A DNA stretch of 64,000 bases. Source: an uncultured Candidatus Saccharibacteria bacterium (GTDB taxonomy: Bacteria > Patescibacteriota > Minisyncoccia > Phycocordibacterales > CSBR16-119). Below the pieces are notes generated by a model that was not told where the DNA came from, did not search any database, and saw only the letters and a list, made by a program, of their open reading frames with translations. The position numbers were made by a program, and so were the translations under genes. Shown one piece after another: positions 49,528 to 58,306 of this stretch (its first letter is position 1; each line of letters begins with the position of its first letter). The stretch covers positions 85,560 to 149,559 of the forward strand of contig CAZLAD010000002.1 of the NCBI GenBank assembly GCA_964557535.1. The letters are read 5' to 3'.

Positions 49528-49633
49528 ACCCACACACCAAGTTTTTGATTAAACCAGTTGCGATCATACGTTTTAGATAAAAAGATAATTATTAGTTACA
49601 CACTTAGAATTATTTAAAACTTGGTGTGCGGGT
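49528..49633. mobile_element. MITE-like element at the rplT stop codon
   Basis: Inverted ends ACCCACACACCAAGTTTT / AAAACTTGGTGTGCGGGT (17/18); AAATAA on both sides. Confidence 0.7.
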
Positions 49634-49644
49634 AAAATAATCTA

Positions 49645-49678
49645 AATCAAAAAATCCCCGGGCGGGGATTTTTTGATT
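49645..49678. terminator. Bidirectional intrinsic terminator
   Basis: AAAAAATCCCCG-GG-CGGGGATTTTTT. Confidence 0.8.
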
Positions 49679-49680
49679 AC

Positions 49681-50478
49681 CTAATTAATTTCTACCGACC
49701 CTAAATCAATCAATGTAGCGTTTTGGATTACCAAAGTCTTGCCATTCTTTTTGTACATATAAGATGTTTCCGTTCCACTATCCGTTTGAACGGATCCGTA
49801 ATAAAATATTTTGCCGTTAATAGTGGTTGTTTGGTTAAAGAAAGAAGGATTGAAGTTAGAGGGTAAATTATAAGGATAGAATTTTATACTATTAAATTTA
49901 TTTCCTGACGACAATTCAACATAAGTACCATTTGGAATATTGCCGGAGGTAATATTTACTCCAGCGTCATGATTGAAAGAGAAACCTTGGCCACTATAAG
50001 AGGTGTTTGAATTTTGAATTGCCGGCGTTGTAACTGTAAACGTTCCGCTTTTTACTACGAGGCTTCCTGATTCGATCCCTATCTGATAACTATTTGTATT
50101 TAATCCCGTGAAACTCTTACCTGGATTGATGGCTGTCCACTGATACGAACCTTGCGATGCAGGAATAGGGGCTTGAGTTATTTGACCATGATCTTTTCCT
50201 CCGCTCATCAAACCAATAGTTACATTCTGAACCCCACAACTTGTCCATTTGATAGTCACCTGTTTACCCGTAGTGTATGCCGCGCCCTGAACTGGAGAAC
50301 TAACGGTAATACTAGGCGTACAAGCAATTGGATCTGTTTGTGGCTTCGGAGTCGTCGAATTTGCCGGTTCCGTTTCTGGCCAAGGTTCGTAGGATACGTT
50401 TGATTTCTTGTGCGTGAAAAACAAAAACGCAAAGACCAAAACCAAGGCGACGAGAATTGCGATGATTATGTTTTTCAT
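49681..50478 (-). CDS. Membrane-anchored extracellular Ser/Thr-rich protein (Ig-like domain)
   Basis: N-terminal TM; PSITVSSP...IKW...GSYQW; start moved to 50478. Confidence 0.75.
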   Translation of the reverse strand: MKNIIIAILVALVLVFAFLFFTHKKSNVSYEPWPETEPANSTTPKPQTDPIACTPSITVSSPVQGAAYTTGKQVTIKWTSCGVQNVTIGLMSGGKDHGQITQAPIPASQGSYQWTAINPGKSFTGLNTNSYQIGIESGSLVVKSGTFTVTTPAIQNSNTSYSGQGFSFNHDAGVNITSGNIPNGTYVELSSGNKFNSIKFYPYNLPSNFNPSFFNQTTTINGKIFYYGSVQTDSGTETSYMYKKNGKTLVIQNATLIDLGSVEIN

Positions 50479-50578
50479 ATGATCGAATTTTACCTTTTTG
50501 TCGAGATTTCTGGAATTGGTTGTGGGGATAAGAGAACAGCCCCCGCGGGGGCTGTTCCAAAGTTGGTACATTCACCAT

Positions 50579-50935
50579 TTACGGCGAGTAAGTCTTGAGC
50601 TCTTCCAGCAAGGGGGCGGTGCTTATTTTCGAACCGCCCGAAAAGCTTTGATGTGACGCGCTCGTGCTTCGGCTGATAGTGTCAAAGACGATCTCGTCCC
50701 ATCCGGCCGGTAACGCTCGCCAAAACCTAACCGTAAGTGGCGACCGGCACGAGACGCCGATGTTTGTGCTATTGAAATCCGACAACGTCACGGCCTTTTT
50801 GTACGCCTCGTTCTCGAGCGCGGTCTGAAATACTCCTCCAGCGACGGTGTCCAGTTCGTTGTCAGGAGCAAAGGCCTGGGCCCGCAAGAATGTGCTCACA
50901 AGCACGAAAAGTACAGCAGCAATGATGTTCTTCAT
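50579..50935 (-). CDS. Orphan secreted protein
   Basis: Signal peptide MKNIIAAVLFVLVSTFLRA-Q; downstream hairpin near 50534-50557. Confidence 0.65.
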   Translation of the reverse strand: MKNIIAAVLFVLVSTFLRAQAFAPDNELDTVAGGVFQTALENEAYKKAVTLSDFNSTNIGVSCRSPLTVRFWRALPAGWDEIVFDTISRSTSASHQSFSGGSKISTAPLLEELKTYSP

Positions 50936-50962
50936 GGCAATCGGGTTTTGCTTATTATACTC

Positions 50963-52666
50963 CTATTTTATCTCTACAATCCTAAGCCTGATTTCTTTCT
51001 TATATCCAAAAACGGATTTTTCAATTGTGGCATAGAGATTTATACGTCCGTCGGGTTTTACGCGATCGCCAAAATCTTCGGGCTTTTTGAAAAAACTTAT
51101 CGCCTTCACGGCTTGCCCGCGAGAATTTTTGAAAGATAGTTCCAAATGATCCTTGGCCTTGCCGAAAATTTTCACATCAAAAATTTCAACGTCTTCGAAA
51201 AGAAATGTTGGTTTCGGATTCCCTGCCCCAAATGGCGCCAGGCGATCTATTTCGTTAAAAGTTTTTTCATTTACTTCATCGAGCGTTAGTATCGAATCAA
51301 AAGTAATTTGTTCGTCAGAATTTACTGAGACTTTCTCGGTTTTGTCATACGCTTCGACAAGTCTTTCCTCCAAAAAATGAATTTCTTCGTGCGAGACAGA
51401 GAATCCTCCGGCGCCAGCATGTCCGCCAAACTCCAGTAATGAATTTTCCCTCAGATTTGTCATGAGCTCGACAATGTTAACTGAGCCATCCGAACGACAT
51501 GAGCCTTTGATGACCGTTCCGCCCTCAAGTCCCCAGACGAAAGCCGGCTTTTTGTACTCGTCGACAATTTTCCCGGCGACTAGTCCCAAAACCCCAGCGC
51601 GCCACGTCGGATCACCGACGACCATAATACTGCGCTCAGCACGTTCCGGATGAGAAAAAGTTTTTTTGACCGATTTCATCATCGTCGCGACGAGAATTTT
51701 CCTCTCGTCATTCATCTTGGTCAGATTCATGGCGGCAAGTCCGGCCACGCCTTCGTCACTGGCCGACAGAAGTTCGTAGGCACGCATTGGAGAGTCCATT
51801 CTCGAGGCCGCGTTTAATTTCGGACAAATTGAAAACGTCACGTCGTCTTCTTGGAGATTTCTCGAATCAACATTAATCCGACGCAAAAGTTGTAAAAGTC
51901 CCGGCCGACGCGTCTGGCGCAAAACCTTCAGCCCGTAGTAAGCGAGCGCGCGGTTTTCCCGCACAAGCGGAACCATGTCGGCGAGCGTTGCGAGTCCTAC
52001 CATATCAAGCATCCATTTATCCGCGCCTTTCTTTACACCAAATTCTTCGCCGTACTTTTGGAAAAATCCTTGGACCAGTTTGAAAAAAACTCCCGAACCA
52101 CAAAGCATGTTGTCGGGATATTCGTCGCCTGGTTGTTTGGGATTTAGTATTAAACAATTTGGCAAAACGTCTTTCGGTAAATGATGATCGGTGATGATAA
52201 CTTCAAGTCCGAGACTCTTGGCAAATTCGACATCTTCAACCGCCGTGATGCCGAGGTCGATCGTGATAATAAGCTTCGCACCACGTTCGGCAATCTCCTT
52301 GAGCGCTTCAGGATTGAGACCGTAGCCTTCTTTGTGTCTATCAGGGATATAGATTTCAAAATTTTCATATCCAACACTTTTAAAAAAATCGTTCGCTATC
52401 GTCGCCCCCGGAATACCATCGCAGTCATAGTCAGCAAATATGCAAATTCTCTCGTCACCCGTAATAGCCTGATGAACCCTCTCGACGACAGCGTCCATGT
52501 TCTTCATGAGATACGGATCATAGACGTGATTTTCATATGAAGGATTTAAGAATTCCTCGGCCTCGTCACTCGAAGAAATATCGCGATTAAAAAGAAGTCT
52601 TCGCGTCAGAGGCGAATATTTATCAAGCTCTTTTTCAACTTTTTTCGGAATTTCCTTCAAAGGCAT
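50963..52666 (-). CDS. recJ: Single-stranded DNA exonuclease RecJ
   Basis: DYDCDG, EGYG, TDHH, GSCRS, FGGH..AGG, PFG.GNPKP. Confidence 0.97.
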   Translation of the reverse strand: MPLKEIPKKVEKELDKYSPLTRRLLFNRDISSSDEAEEFLNPSYENHVYDPYLMKNMDAVVERVHQAITGDERICIFADYDCDGIPGATIANDFFKSVGYENFEIYIPDRHKEGYGLNPEALKEIAERGAKLIITIDLGITAVEDVEFAKSLGLEVIITDHHLPKDVLPNCLILNPKQPGDEYPDNMLCGSGVFFKLVQGFFQKYGEEFGVKKGADKWMLDMVGLATLADMVPLVRENRALAYYGLKVLRQTRRPGLLQLLRRINVDSRNLQEDDVTFSICPKLNAASRMDSPMRAYELLSASDEGVAGLAAMNLTKMNDERKILVATMMKSVKKTFSHPERAERSIMVVGDPTWRAGVLGLVAGKIVDEYKKPAFVWGLEGGTVIKGSCRSDGSVNIVELMTNLRENSLLEFGGHAGAGGFSVSHEEIHFLEERLVEAYDKTEKVSVNSDEQITFDSILTLDEVNEKTFNEIDRLAPFGAGNPKPTFLFEDVEIFDVKIFGKAKDHLELSFKNSRGQAVKAISFFKKPEDFGDRVKPDGRINLYATIEKSVFGYKKEIRLRIVEIK

Positions 52667-52678
52667 TTTTCGATTATA

Positions 52679-52773
52679 GCAAAGCGGGGCCAGATTGCGG
52701 TTTTGACAATCCGAGGACTATAGTGCGTAGACACGCTTTCGCAGGATTGGAAAAATCTGCAATCTGGCCCCGC
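52679..52773. repeat. Structured repeat family B, copy 2
   Basis: Outer stem GCGGGGCCAGATTGC/GCAATCTGGCCCCGC; inner motif shared with 5289-5376. Confidence 0.8.
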
Positions 52774-52794
52774 GCCCTATGCTACAATTTATTT

Positions 52795-53193
52795 ATGAAA
52801 ACAATTTTCGAGAAAATTATTGATGGTGAGATTCCATCGACAAAGGTTTACGAGGACGACAAATTCTTGGCTTTTTTAGATATTCATCCGGTTTCCAAAG
52901 GTCACACACTCCTAATAACCAAAACCCACTACACATGGATACACGAAGCACCCGATGAAATTGTCGGAGAAATTTTCATCAAGGCGAAAAGTCTAATCGA
53001 AGCGATGAGGGCAGGTCTTCCATGTGATTACGTTCAAGTCGGAGTCGTTGGCAACGAAGTCCCTCACTTTCACATCCATCTAATTCCAAGATTTTTGACC
53101 GAGGAAGTTCATATGTCATCAAGACCAGAAACTCCCTATGAAAATTCTGATGAGATGTCCGAATACGCCGAGAAAATAAAATCCCACCTCTAA
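52795..53193 (+). CDS. HIT family hydrolase
   Basis: IFEKII, AFLDIHP, GHTL, HFHIHLIPR; start moved to 52795. Confidence 0.95.
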   Translation: MKTIFEKIIDGEIPSTKVYEDDKFLAFLDIHPVSKGHTLLITKTHYTWIHEAPDEIVGEIFIKAKSLIEAMRAGLPCDYVQVGVVGNEVPHFHIHLIPRFLTEEVHMSSRPETPYENSDEMSEYAEKIKSHL

Positions 53194-53206
53194 GCTCCAC
53201 TTACCG

Positions 53207-53352
53207 ACGGAGCAAAACCTATTTAAATTTTTCTTCAACATCACCCGTAGGGTGCGCGCTAGTGAAAGCTTGGTAATCTTTGGTCTCCCGAGTGCTCGGA
53301 GGGAGACTTTGGCGCGCATCTTGAAGAAAAATTTAAATAGGTTTTGCGAAGT
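53207..53352. repeat. Long hairpin element with a perfect 27-bp outer stem
   Basis: GCAAAACCTATTTAAATTTTTCTTCAA at 53212-53238 and its complement at 53321-53347. Confidence 0.85.
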
Positions 53353-53358
53353 TCCTTG

Positions 53359-54477
53359 CTACTGTTCTAGTGCTTGTATCCCCGGCAATGTTCCCTTGGC
53401 CAAAAATTCTAGCATTGCCCCACCACCAGTTGAGACAAATGAAATTTTGTCTTGAAGTCCCATTTCTTTGACCAAGTTCACGGTGTCGCCGCCACCGAGA
53501 ATTGACGTGGCGCCAGATTCGGCAATCGCTCGAAGAACTTTTTTACTGCCATCGGCATAACCTTCTTCATAAAGCCCAAGCGGTCCGTTCCAGAGAATTG
53601 TCTTGAATGTTGGAATAGTTTTTATAAGCTCAGCCAAAGTGTTCGGGCCAACATCGACAATTACATCTTCTGCGACAATATTTGGAAGTTCCTTGGCCTC
53701 CCCGCCCCCAACCACAACATCAAAAGGAATTTTAATATGATCTTTGTTGAAAAATTCCGCAACTTTAGCATCTTTGTCTACCAAAGATTTACCAACGTGC
53801 AAGCCAATCGTTTGGAAAAAATTGTTTGCAAGAGCGCCACCGATAAAAATCTGATCAGCGATCGTTTCAAACTTCCTGATCAAAGCAATTTTGGTATCAA
53901 ATTTCGCCCCGCCCAGGATAAATAGGAACGGGTGTTCAGGCTTTTCGATTGCTTTACCCAAATTCGCAATTTCTTTCTGTAGCCAAAATCCCGCATACGC
54001 CTGTAGATAGTCCGGCACGCCGACGATAGAGGCGTGAGCCCGATGCGACACCGCGAAAGCATCGTTGACATACATGTCGGCAAGCGAGGCCAAGAAACTT
54101 GCGAACTTCTCATCATTTTTCTCTTCGCCGTCGTTTTGTCGCAAATTTTCAAGGAGGATAACATCACCCGGCATCATATCCTGCACAATCGCCCTGATAG
54201 TATCGTGATCCCATGTCGGCACAAAATTTACTTTGACGAATTGTTGTAAATATTCGGCAATAGGTTTCAAAGATTCTTTTTTATCTCTGCCTATATGGCT
54301 CATGACTATCACTTTCGCTCCGCCTTTTTGCAAAAAATTGATAGTTTCTAGACTTTTCTGTATGCGCCAATCTTCACTTGCATCCACGGTGCCGTTTTTG
54401 CCAAGCGAAACATTGAAATCCACGCGCACGAGCACTTTCCTTTCTTTTAAATTTGTAACTTCTTGGATATTTTTCAT
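53359..54477 (-). CDS. pgk: Phosphoglycerate kinase
   Basis: RVDFNV, SHIGR, LLENLR, VNDAF, STGGGA. Confidence 0.97.
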   Translation of the reverse strand: MKNIQEVTNLKERKVLVRVDFNVSLGKNGTVDASEDWRIQKSLETINFLQKGGAKVIVMSHIGRDKKESLKPIAEYLQQFVKVNFVPTWDHDTIRAIVQDMMPGDVILLENLRQNDGEEKNDEKFASFLASLADMYVNDAFAVSHRAHASIVGVPDYLQAYAGFWLQKEIANLGKAIEKPEHPFLFILGGAKFDTKIALIRKFETIADQIFIGGALANNFFQTIGLHVGKSLVDKDAKVAEFFNKDHIKIPFDVVVGGGEAKELPNIVAEDVIVDVGPNTLAELIKTIPTFKTILWNGPLGLYEEGYADGSKKVLRAIAESGATSILGGGDTVNLVKEMGLQDKISFVSTGGGAMLEFLAKGTLPGIQALEQ

Positions 54478-55247
54478 TACTTGTTTGATTCTGACGTGAT
54501 TTTGATAATTTCACCAAAAAGTTTCGGTGTCAGGCTCGCTCGTCCGACAAGGAAACCATCGACGCCTGAGGTTTTCAAAATATCTTCGGCGTTGTTTGTC
54601 GAAACTGATCCGCCGTAAATAATTTTAACCGGCGGGACACTCGAGGTTTTGTAAATATCACCGACAATACGTTTGATCAATATCACGATTTCTTCTACTT
54701 CTGACGGCTTCGCATCACGCTTGGCGTTCTCGCCTATTGCCCAGACGGGCTCGTAAGCAACAATCACGTCTTTGACTCGCGACTTCGGCACGTCTTTGAA
54801 ACCTTCGGTTAATTGAAGTTTGAGAAGTCCCAGATATTCCAAATTCGGATCGCGTTTGGCCTCACCGATGCAAAGAATCGGCCTGACACCGACGGCGAGG
54901 GCGGTTTTCACTTTCTTGTTTATGAAGATATTGTCCTCTCCCATCGCCCGGCGTTCAGAGTGGCCGATGATGGCGTATTTGATCTTGGTTTCAAGAAGCG
55001 CCGAGTAGCCGGTAGAACCAGTATGTGCACCGTTTGGTTCTGGGAAAAAGTCTTGAGAGCCGAGAATGGCGGGCTTTGATGAAGCCTTGAGGCTCTCTAG
55101 GAATATAACTGGCGGACAAACCACGACTTCGACGTTTTTGAATTTTTTGGCGAATTTTTTGGTTTCGTTTAGGTAAGATTTGGCGAGTTTCAGGGTGTCA
55201 GGATTCGCCTTCCAGTTAGCCACAATGAGTTTTTTGTCGGATTTCAT
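54477..55247 (-). CDS. tpiA: Triosephosphate isomerase
   Basis: ANWK, GHSERR, AYEPVWAIG, YGGSV. Confidence 0.97.
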   Translation of the reverse strand: MKSDKKLIVANWKANPDTLKLAKSYLNETKKFAKKFKNVEVVVCPPVIFLESLKASSKPAILGSQDFFPEPNGAHTGSTGYSALLETKIKYAIIGHSERRAMGEDNIFINKKVKTALAVGVRPILCIGEAKRDPNLEYLGLLKLQLTEGFKDVPKSRVKDVIVAYEPVWAIGENAKRDAKPSEVEEIVILIKRIVGDIYKTSSVPPVKIIYGGSVSTNNAEDILKTSGVDGFLVGRASLTPKLFGEIIKITSESNK

Positions 55248-55304
55248 AATCTAAATTGTAGCACGAACCCATTTTTATCATCCATAAAAGCATTAACCAC
55301 TTAC

Positions 55305-55333
55305 TTGACAAAGATAGCTTTATATGATATCCT
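55305..55333 (+). promoter_or_regulatory. sigma70 promoter of the two-ORF ribozyme cassette
   Basis: TTGACA-17-TATCCT with extended TG. Confidence 0.65.
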
Positions 55334-55400
55334 TCAACCAGAGAACCTTTACACAAATCCCGTCCCTTGGTTACACCAGGAAGACACAAACTGACAAGAA

Positions 55401-55673
55401 ATGAGAGAGACTAAGCTCAGAATTGAGAATTTCCTCCGCTATGTTGAACACCGCCCCTCAAGTGAGATCGTGGATTTCGCAAGATCACTACACTGGGATA
55501 TCATCAGGAACCTCCAGGAGTACAGAAGGATGATAAAGAATCCTCTTGGAATATCTAAGCGTTCCTTGTTCACTGAAGGTGTGCTTGGTCACGTTTCCAT
55601 CAATGTGGCAAGGTCTAATTTATTAGATATTGCCACAGCTAAGCAGATTGTGGATAACACCAAGCAAACCTAA
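55401..55673 (+). CDS. Orphan hypothetical protein upstream of the hammerhead
   Basis: 90-aa ATG ORF after the promoter. Confidence 0.55.
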   Translation: MRETKLRIENFLRYVEHRPSSEIVDFARSLHWDIIRNLQEYRRMIKNPLGISKRSLFTEGVLGHVSINVARSNLLDIATAKQIVDNTKQT

Positions 55674-55701
55674 CTAGGGTAGAGATTCACCTCTCTACCC
55701 T

Positions 55702-55752
55702 ACTGTCCACGAATGTGTGTTCGTGCTGATGAGTCCAAAAGGACGAAACAGT
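55702..55752 (+). ncRNA. Type III hammerhead ribozyme
   Basis: ACTGT-C / CACGAA-TGTGTG-TTCGTG / CTGATGA / GTCC-AAAA-GGAC / GAA-ACAGT; complete core, predicted cleavage after C55707. Confidence 0.93.
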
Positions 55753-55784
55753 TGCACTTTAAAACAAATGAACCACCCCACCTC

Positions 55785-56252
55785 ATGAACACCCCCAGTA
55801 ACGAACTGCACGCAATGGCAAACGAGCCAAAGCCGAACATCGAACAGGTGATCCTTGAGTGGGTCATACTGCTGAATAAGCTCAGTATCTTACACGGACA
55901 AGTGTTCATCTACGGAGTTAGCGAACAATTAGCCCGCAAAGCCTATTGCATGCTGCTAACCGAGGTGGAAAGCTCGCACGACAACACGGCCTTCGAAGTG
56001 ATGATCATGAGTCATGCCCAGCAGATCGTCAGCGAAGAACATGTCGATAATCCAATCTGGTCGTATTTTACTCGTGATGGGCAGGCTGGGATCGAACGTT
56101 CCAGTAATGAAGATCTCGATGCTTCCATTGTGCCCTTCATTGGGTTCCGAGGTACATGGGAAGAAGTGGCTCGCAAGCTCTTCGAGCTCGAGAAGCTCAT
56201 GCTTGCAAAAGCACAGGTTGCGGAGGTTCCGGAAGATCTGAAGAAGCAGTGA
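55785..56252 (+). CDS. Orphan hypothetical protein downstream of the hammerhead
   Basis: ATG at 55785 after an A/C-rich leader; terminator at 56271-56296. Confidence 0.65.
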   Translation: MNTPSNELHAMANEPKPNIEQVILEWVILLNKLSILHGQVFIYGVSEQLARKAYCMLLTEVESSHDNTAFEVMIMSHAQQIVSEEHVDNPIWSYFTRDGQAGIERSSNEDLDASIVPFIGFRGTWEEVARKLFELEKLMLAKAQVAEVPEDLKKQ

Positions 56253-56270
56253 CCATGTTGTTCACACAGC

Positions 56271-56296
56271 GAACCCCGGCTAGTCCGGGGTTTTCT
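56271..56296 (+). terminator. Intrinsic terminator of the cassette
   Basis: AACCCCGG-CTAGT-CCGGGGTTTT. Confidence 0.8.
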
Positions 56297-56437
56297 TCTA
56301 CTCATTTGACGAAAATCCTGTTTTCGTTTATTATTAGTACGTTATTGTCCTGGCTCGCGCCGGGATTTATTGTTAAAAGAGGCATTACAATTAAATAAGC
56401 TAAGGGCCAATGGCTAAAAGCTAACGGCTCAAAACAT

Positions 56438-57697
56438 ATGTTAGACCTAAAAACATTAAAATCCGCCCTGCTCCAACTCGAAGAAGAGCGAAAAATCCCA
56501 AGAGATAAAATCATCGACGCCATCGAGCAGTCTTTGGCGGCGGCGTACAAGAAAGATTACGGCAAGAAAGGCCAAATCATCCGCGTCAAACTCGACCTTG
56601 ATTCCGGCGCCCAAGAATTCTACCAAGTCAAAATCGTCGTCGATGAATCAACAGTTAGATTTCTAGCCGAAGGCGAAGAAGCTGATTTTGGCGATGACGA
56701 GAAACGCCCAAGCCGATTTGAACCGGTCGTTGAAAAAAATCCAAACGAGCCTGAACCACTCCCTGTTTTCAACCCAGAAAAGCACATGCTCATCGAAGAC
56801 GCCAAGAAAATCAAAAAGAACGTGGAACTTGGCGAAGAAATGATCTTCCCCCTCGAACTCAAAGACGACTTCGGACGCATCGCCGCTCAAACAGCCAAAC
56901 AAGTTATCATTCAAAGAATTCGTGAAGCTGAACGTGGCGCGGTCATGGAAGAATACGGCGACAAAGCCGAAGAAATAGTTTCCGGTGTTGTTCAAAAAGT
57001 TGAACGCGGGGTAATCTTTGTCGACTTCAACCGCGCAACCGGTGTGCTGGGCCGAGAAGAGCAAATCTTCGGCGAACGATTCATGCCGGGCCAGCGCATT
57101 CGCGCATACTTGATGGCCGTCGAAGAAACACCTCGCGGAGTAAATTTGGAACTTTCGAGATCTCACCCACGATTCCTCGAAGGTTTATTTGCAATTGAGT
57201 CTCCAGAAATAGCAAACGGTGTCGTCGAGATCAAGGCCATCGCTCGCGAAGCAGGGTCCCGATCGAAAATGGCGGTAAGTTCAAACGACAACAACATCGA
57301 TCCAATCGGTGCTTGTGTCGGTCAGAAAGGCTCACGCGTCACAACTGTCATGAATGAACTTGGTGGCGAGAAAATCGATATTATCGAATGGAGTGACAAC
57401 CCGACGGAATTTGTCGCGGCCTCACTTTCTCCTGCTAAAATCCAAAACATTGAACTAAACGAAGAAGAAAAAATTGCTACTATTACCGTTGCAAATGATC
57501 AGCTTTCACTTGCTATCGGCAAGGGCGGACAAAACGTTCGCTTGGCTGCAAAACTAACCGGCTGGAGAATCGATATCAAAAGCGATGAACCAGAACCGGT
57601 AGAAGAAGAAACTGTCGAACCATCTCCAGAAGAAGTTGTGGCAGAATCAGTAGAGGAAACTCCTAGCGCCGAAACGCCTGACAAGTCAGATGAATAA
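56438..57697 (+). CDS. nusA: Transcription termination factor NusA
   Basis: FGRIAAQTAKQVI, AREAG.RSK, GACVG, LAIGKGGQN. Confidence 0.98.
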   Translation: MLDLKTLKSALLQLEEERKIPRDKIIDAIEQSLAAAYKKDYGKKGQIIRVKLDLDSGAQEFYQVKIVVDESTVRFLAEGEEADFGDDEKRPSRFEPVVEKNPNEPEPLPVFNPEKHMLIEDAKKIKKNVELGEEMIFPLELKDDFGRIAAQTAKQVIIQRIREAERGAVMEEYGDKAEEIVSGVVQKVERGVIFVDFNRATGVLGREEQIFGERFMPGQRIRAYLMAVEETPRGVNLELSRSHPRFLEGLFAIESPEIANGVVEIKAIAREAGSRSKMAVSSNDNNIDPIGACVGQKGSRVTTVMNELGGEKIDIIEWSDNPTEFVAASLSPAKIQNIELNEEEKIATITVANDQLSLAIGKGGQNVRLAAKLTGWRIDIKSDEPEPVEEETVEPSPEEVVAESVEETPSAETPDKSDE

Positions 57698-57720
57698 TTA
57701 TAATTTTTAATCAAAAAATT

Positions 57721-58305
57721 ATGGCAAACATAAACGAAAAACCATCTAAATTCATGTACAACCTTCTTCACGTTCTTCCACCGTTTGTGGACGAGGCGAA
57801 AGGAATAGTAAACACAATTGTTGAAGTTTCTGCGGGAAGCATAAATAAATACGAACTAATTACCGAAAGCGGCCAACTAAAACTTGATCGTGTCGGATAT
57901 TCTTCCTTAGCATATCCATTTACCTATGGAGCAATTCCAGCAACCTGGGACTTCGATGGTGACCCGCTAGACGTTGAGATTGTAAACATTACCGAGCCTC
58001 TTGTTCCGGGATCTCTGGTAGAAATTCGAGTCATCGGAGTTATGAAATTCGTTGACGGAGGCGAAGTCGATGACAAAATTATCGCAGTTTTAAATAACGA
58101 TAAACGTTCTGACCACATCAAAAGCTACAAAGATTTGGGTGAGTACTGGGAAAAAGAGACGAAATACTATTGGGAGAACTACAAGGCCATGAAGAAGCCT
58201 GGCACGGGAGTAGTCGAGACTTTCCACGGACCAGAGGAAGCTATAAAAGTAATAAAAGAATGCGCGGAAAGATATCAAAAAGATTACGCGCCTAAACTTT
58301 CTTAA
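57721..58305 (+). CDS. ppa: Inorganic pyrophosphatase (family I)
   Basis: KYE, LDR, YG.IP.T, DGDPLD, DDKIIAV. Confidence 0.95.
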   Translation: MANINEKPSKFMYNLLHVLPPFVDEAKGIVNTIVEVSAGSINKYELITESGQLKLDRVGYSSLAYPFTYGAIPATWDFDGDPLDVEIVNITEPLVPGSLVEIRVIGVMKFVDGGEVDDKIIAVLNNDKRSDHIKSYKDLGEYWEKETKYYWENYKAMKKPGTGVVETFHGPEEAIKVIKECAERYQKDYAPKLS

Positions 58306-58306
58306 A

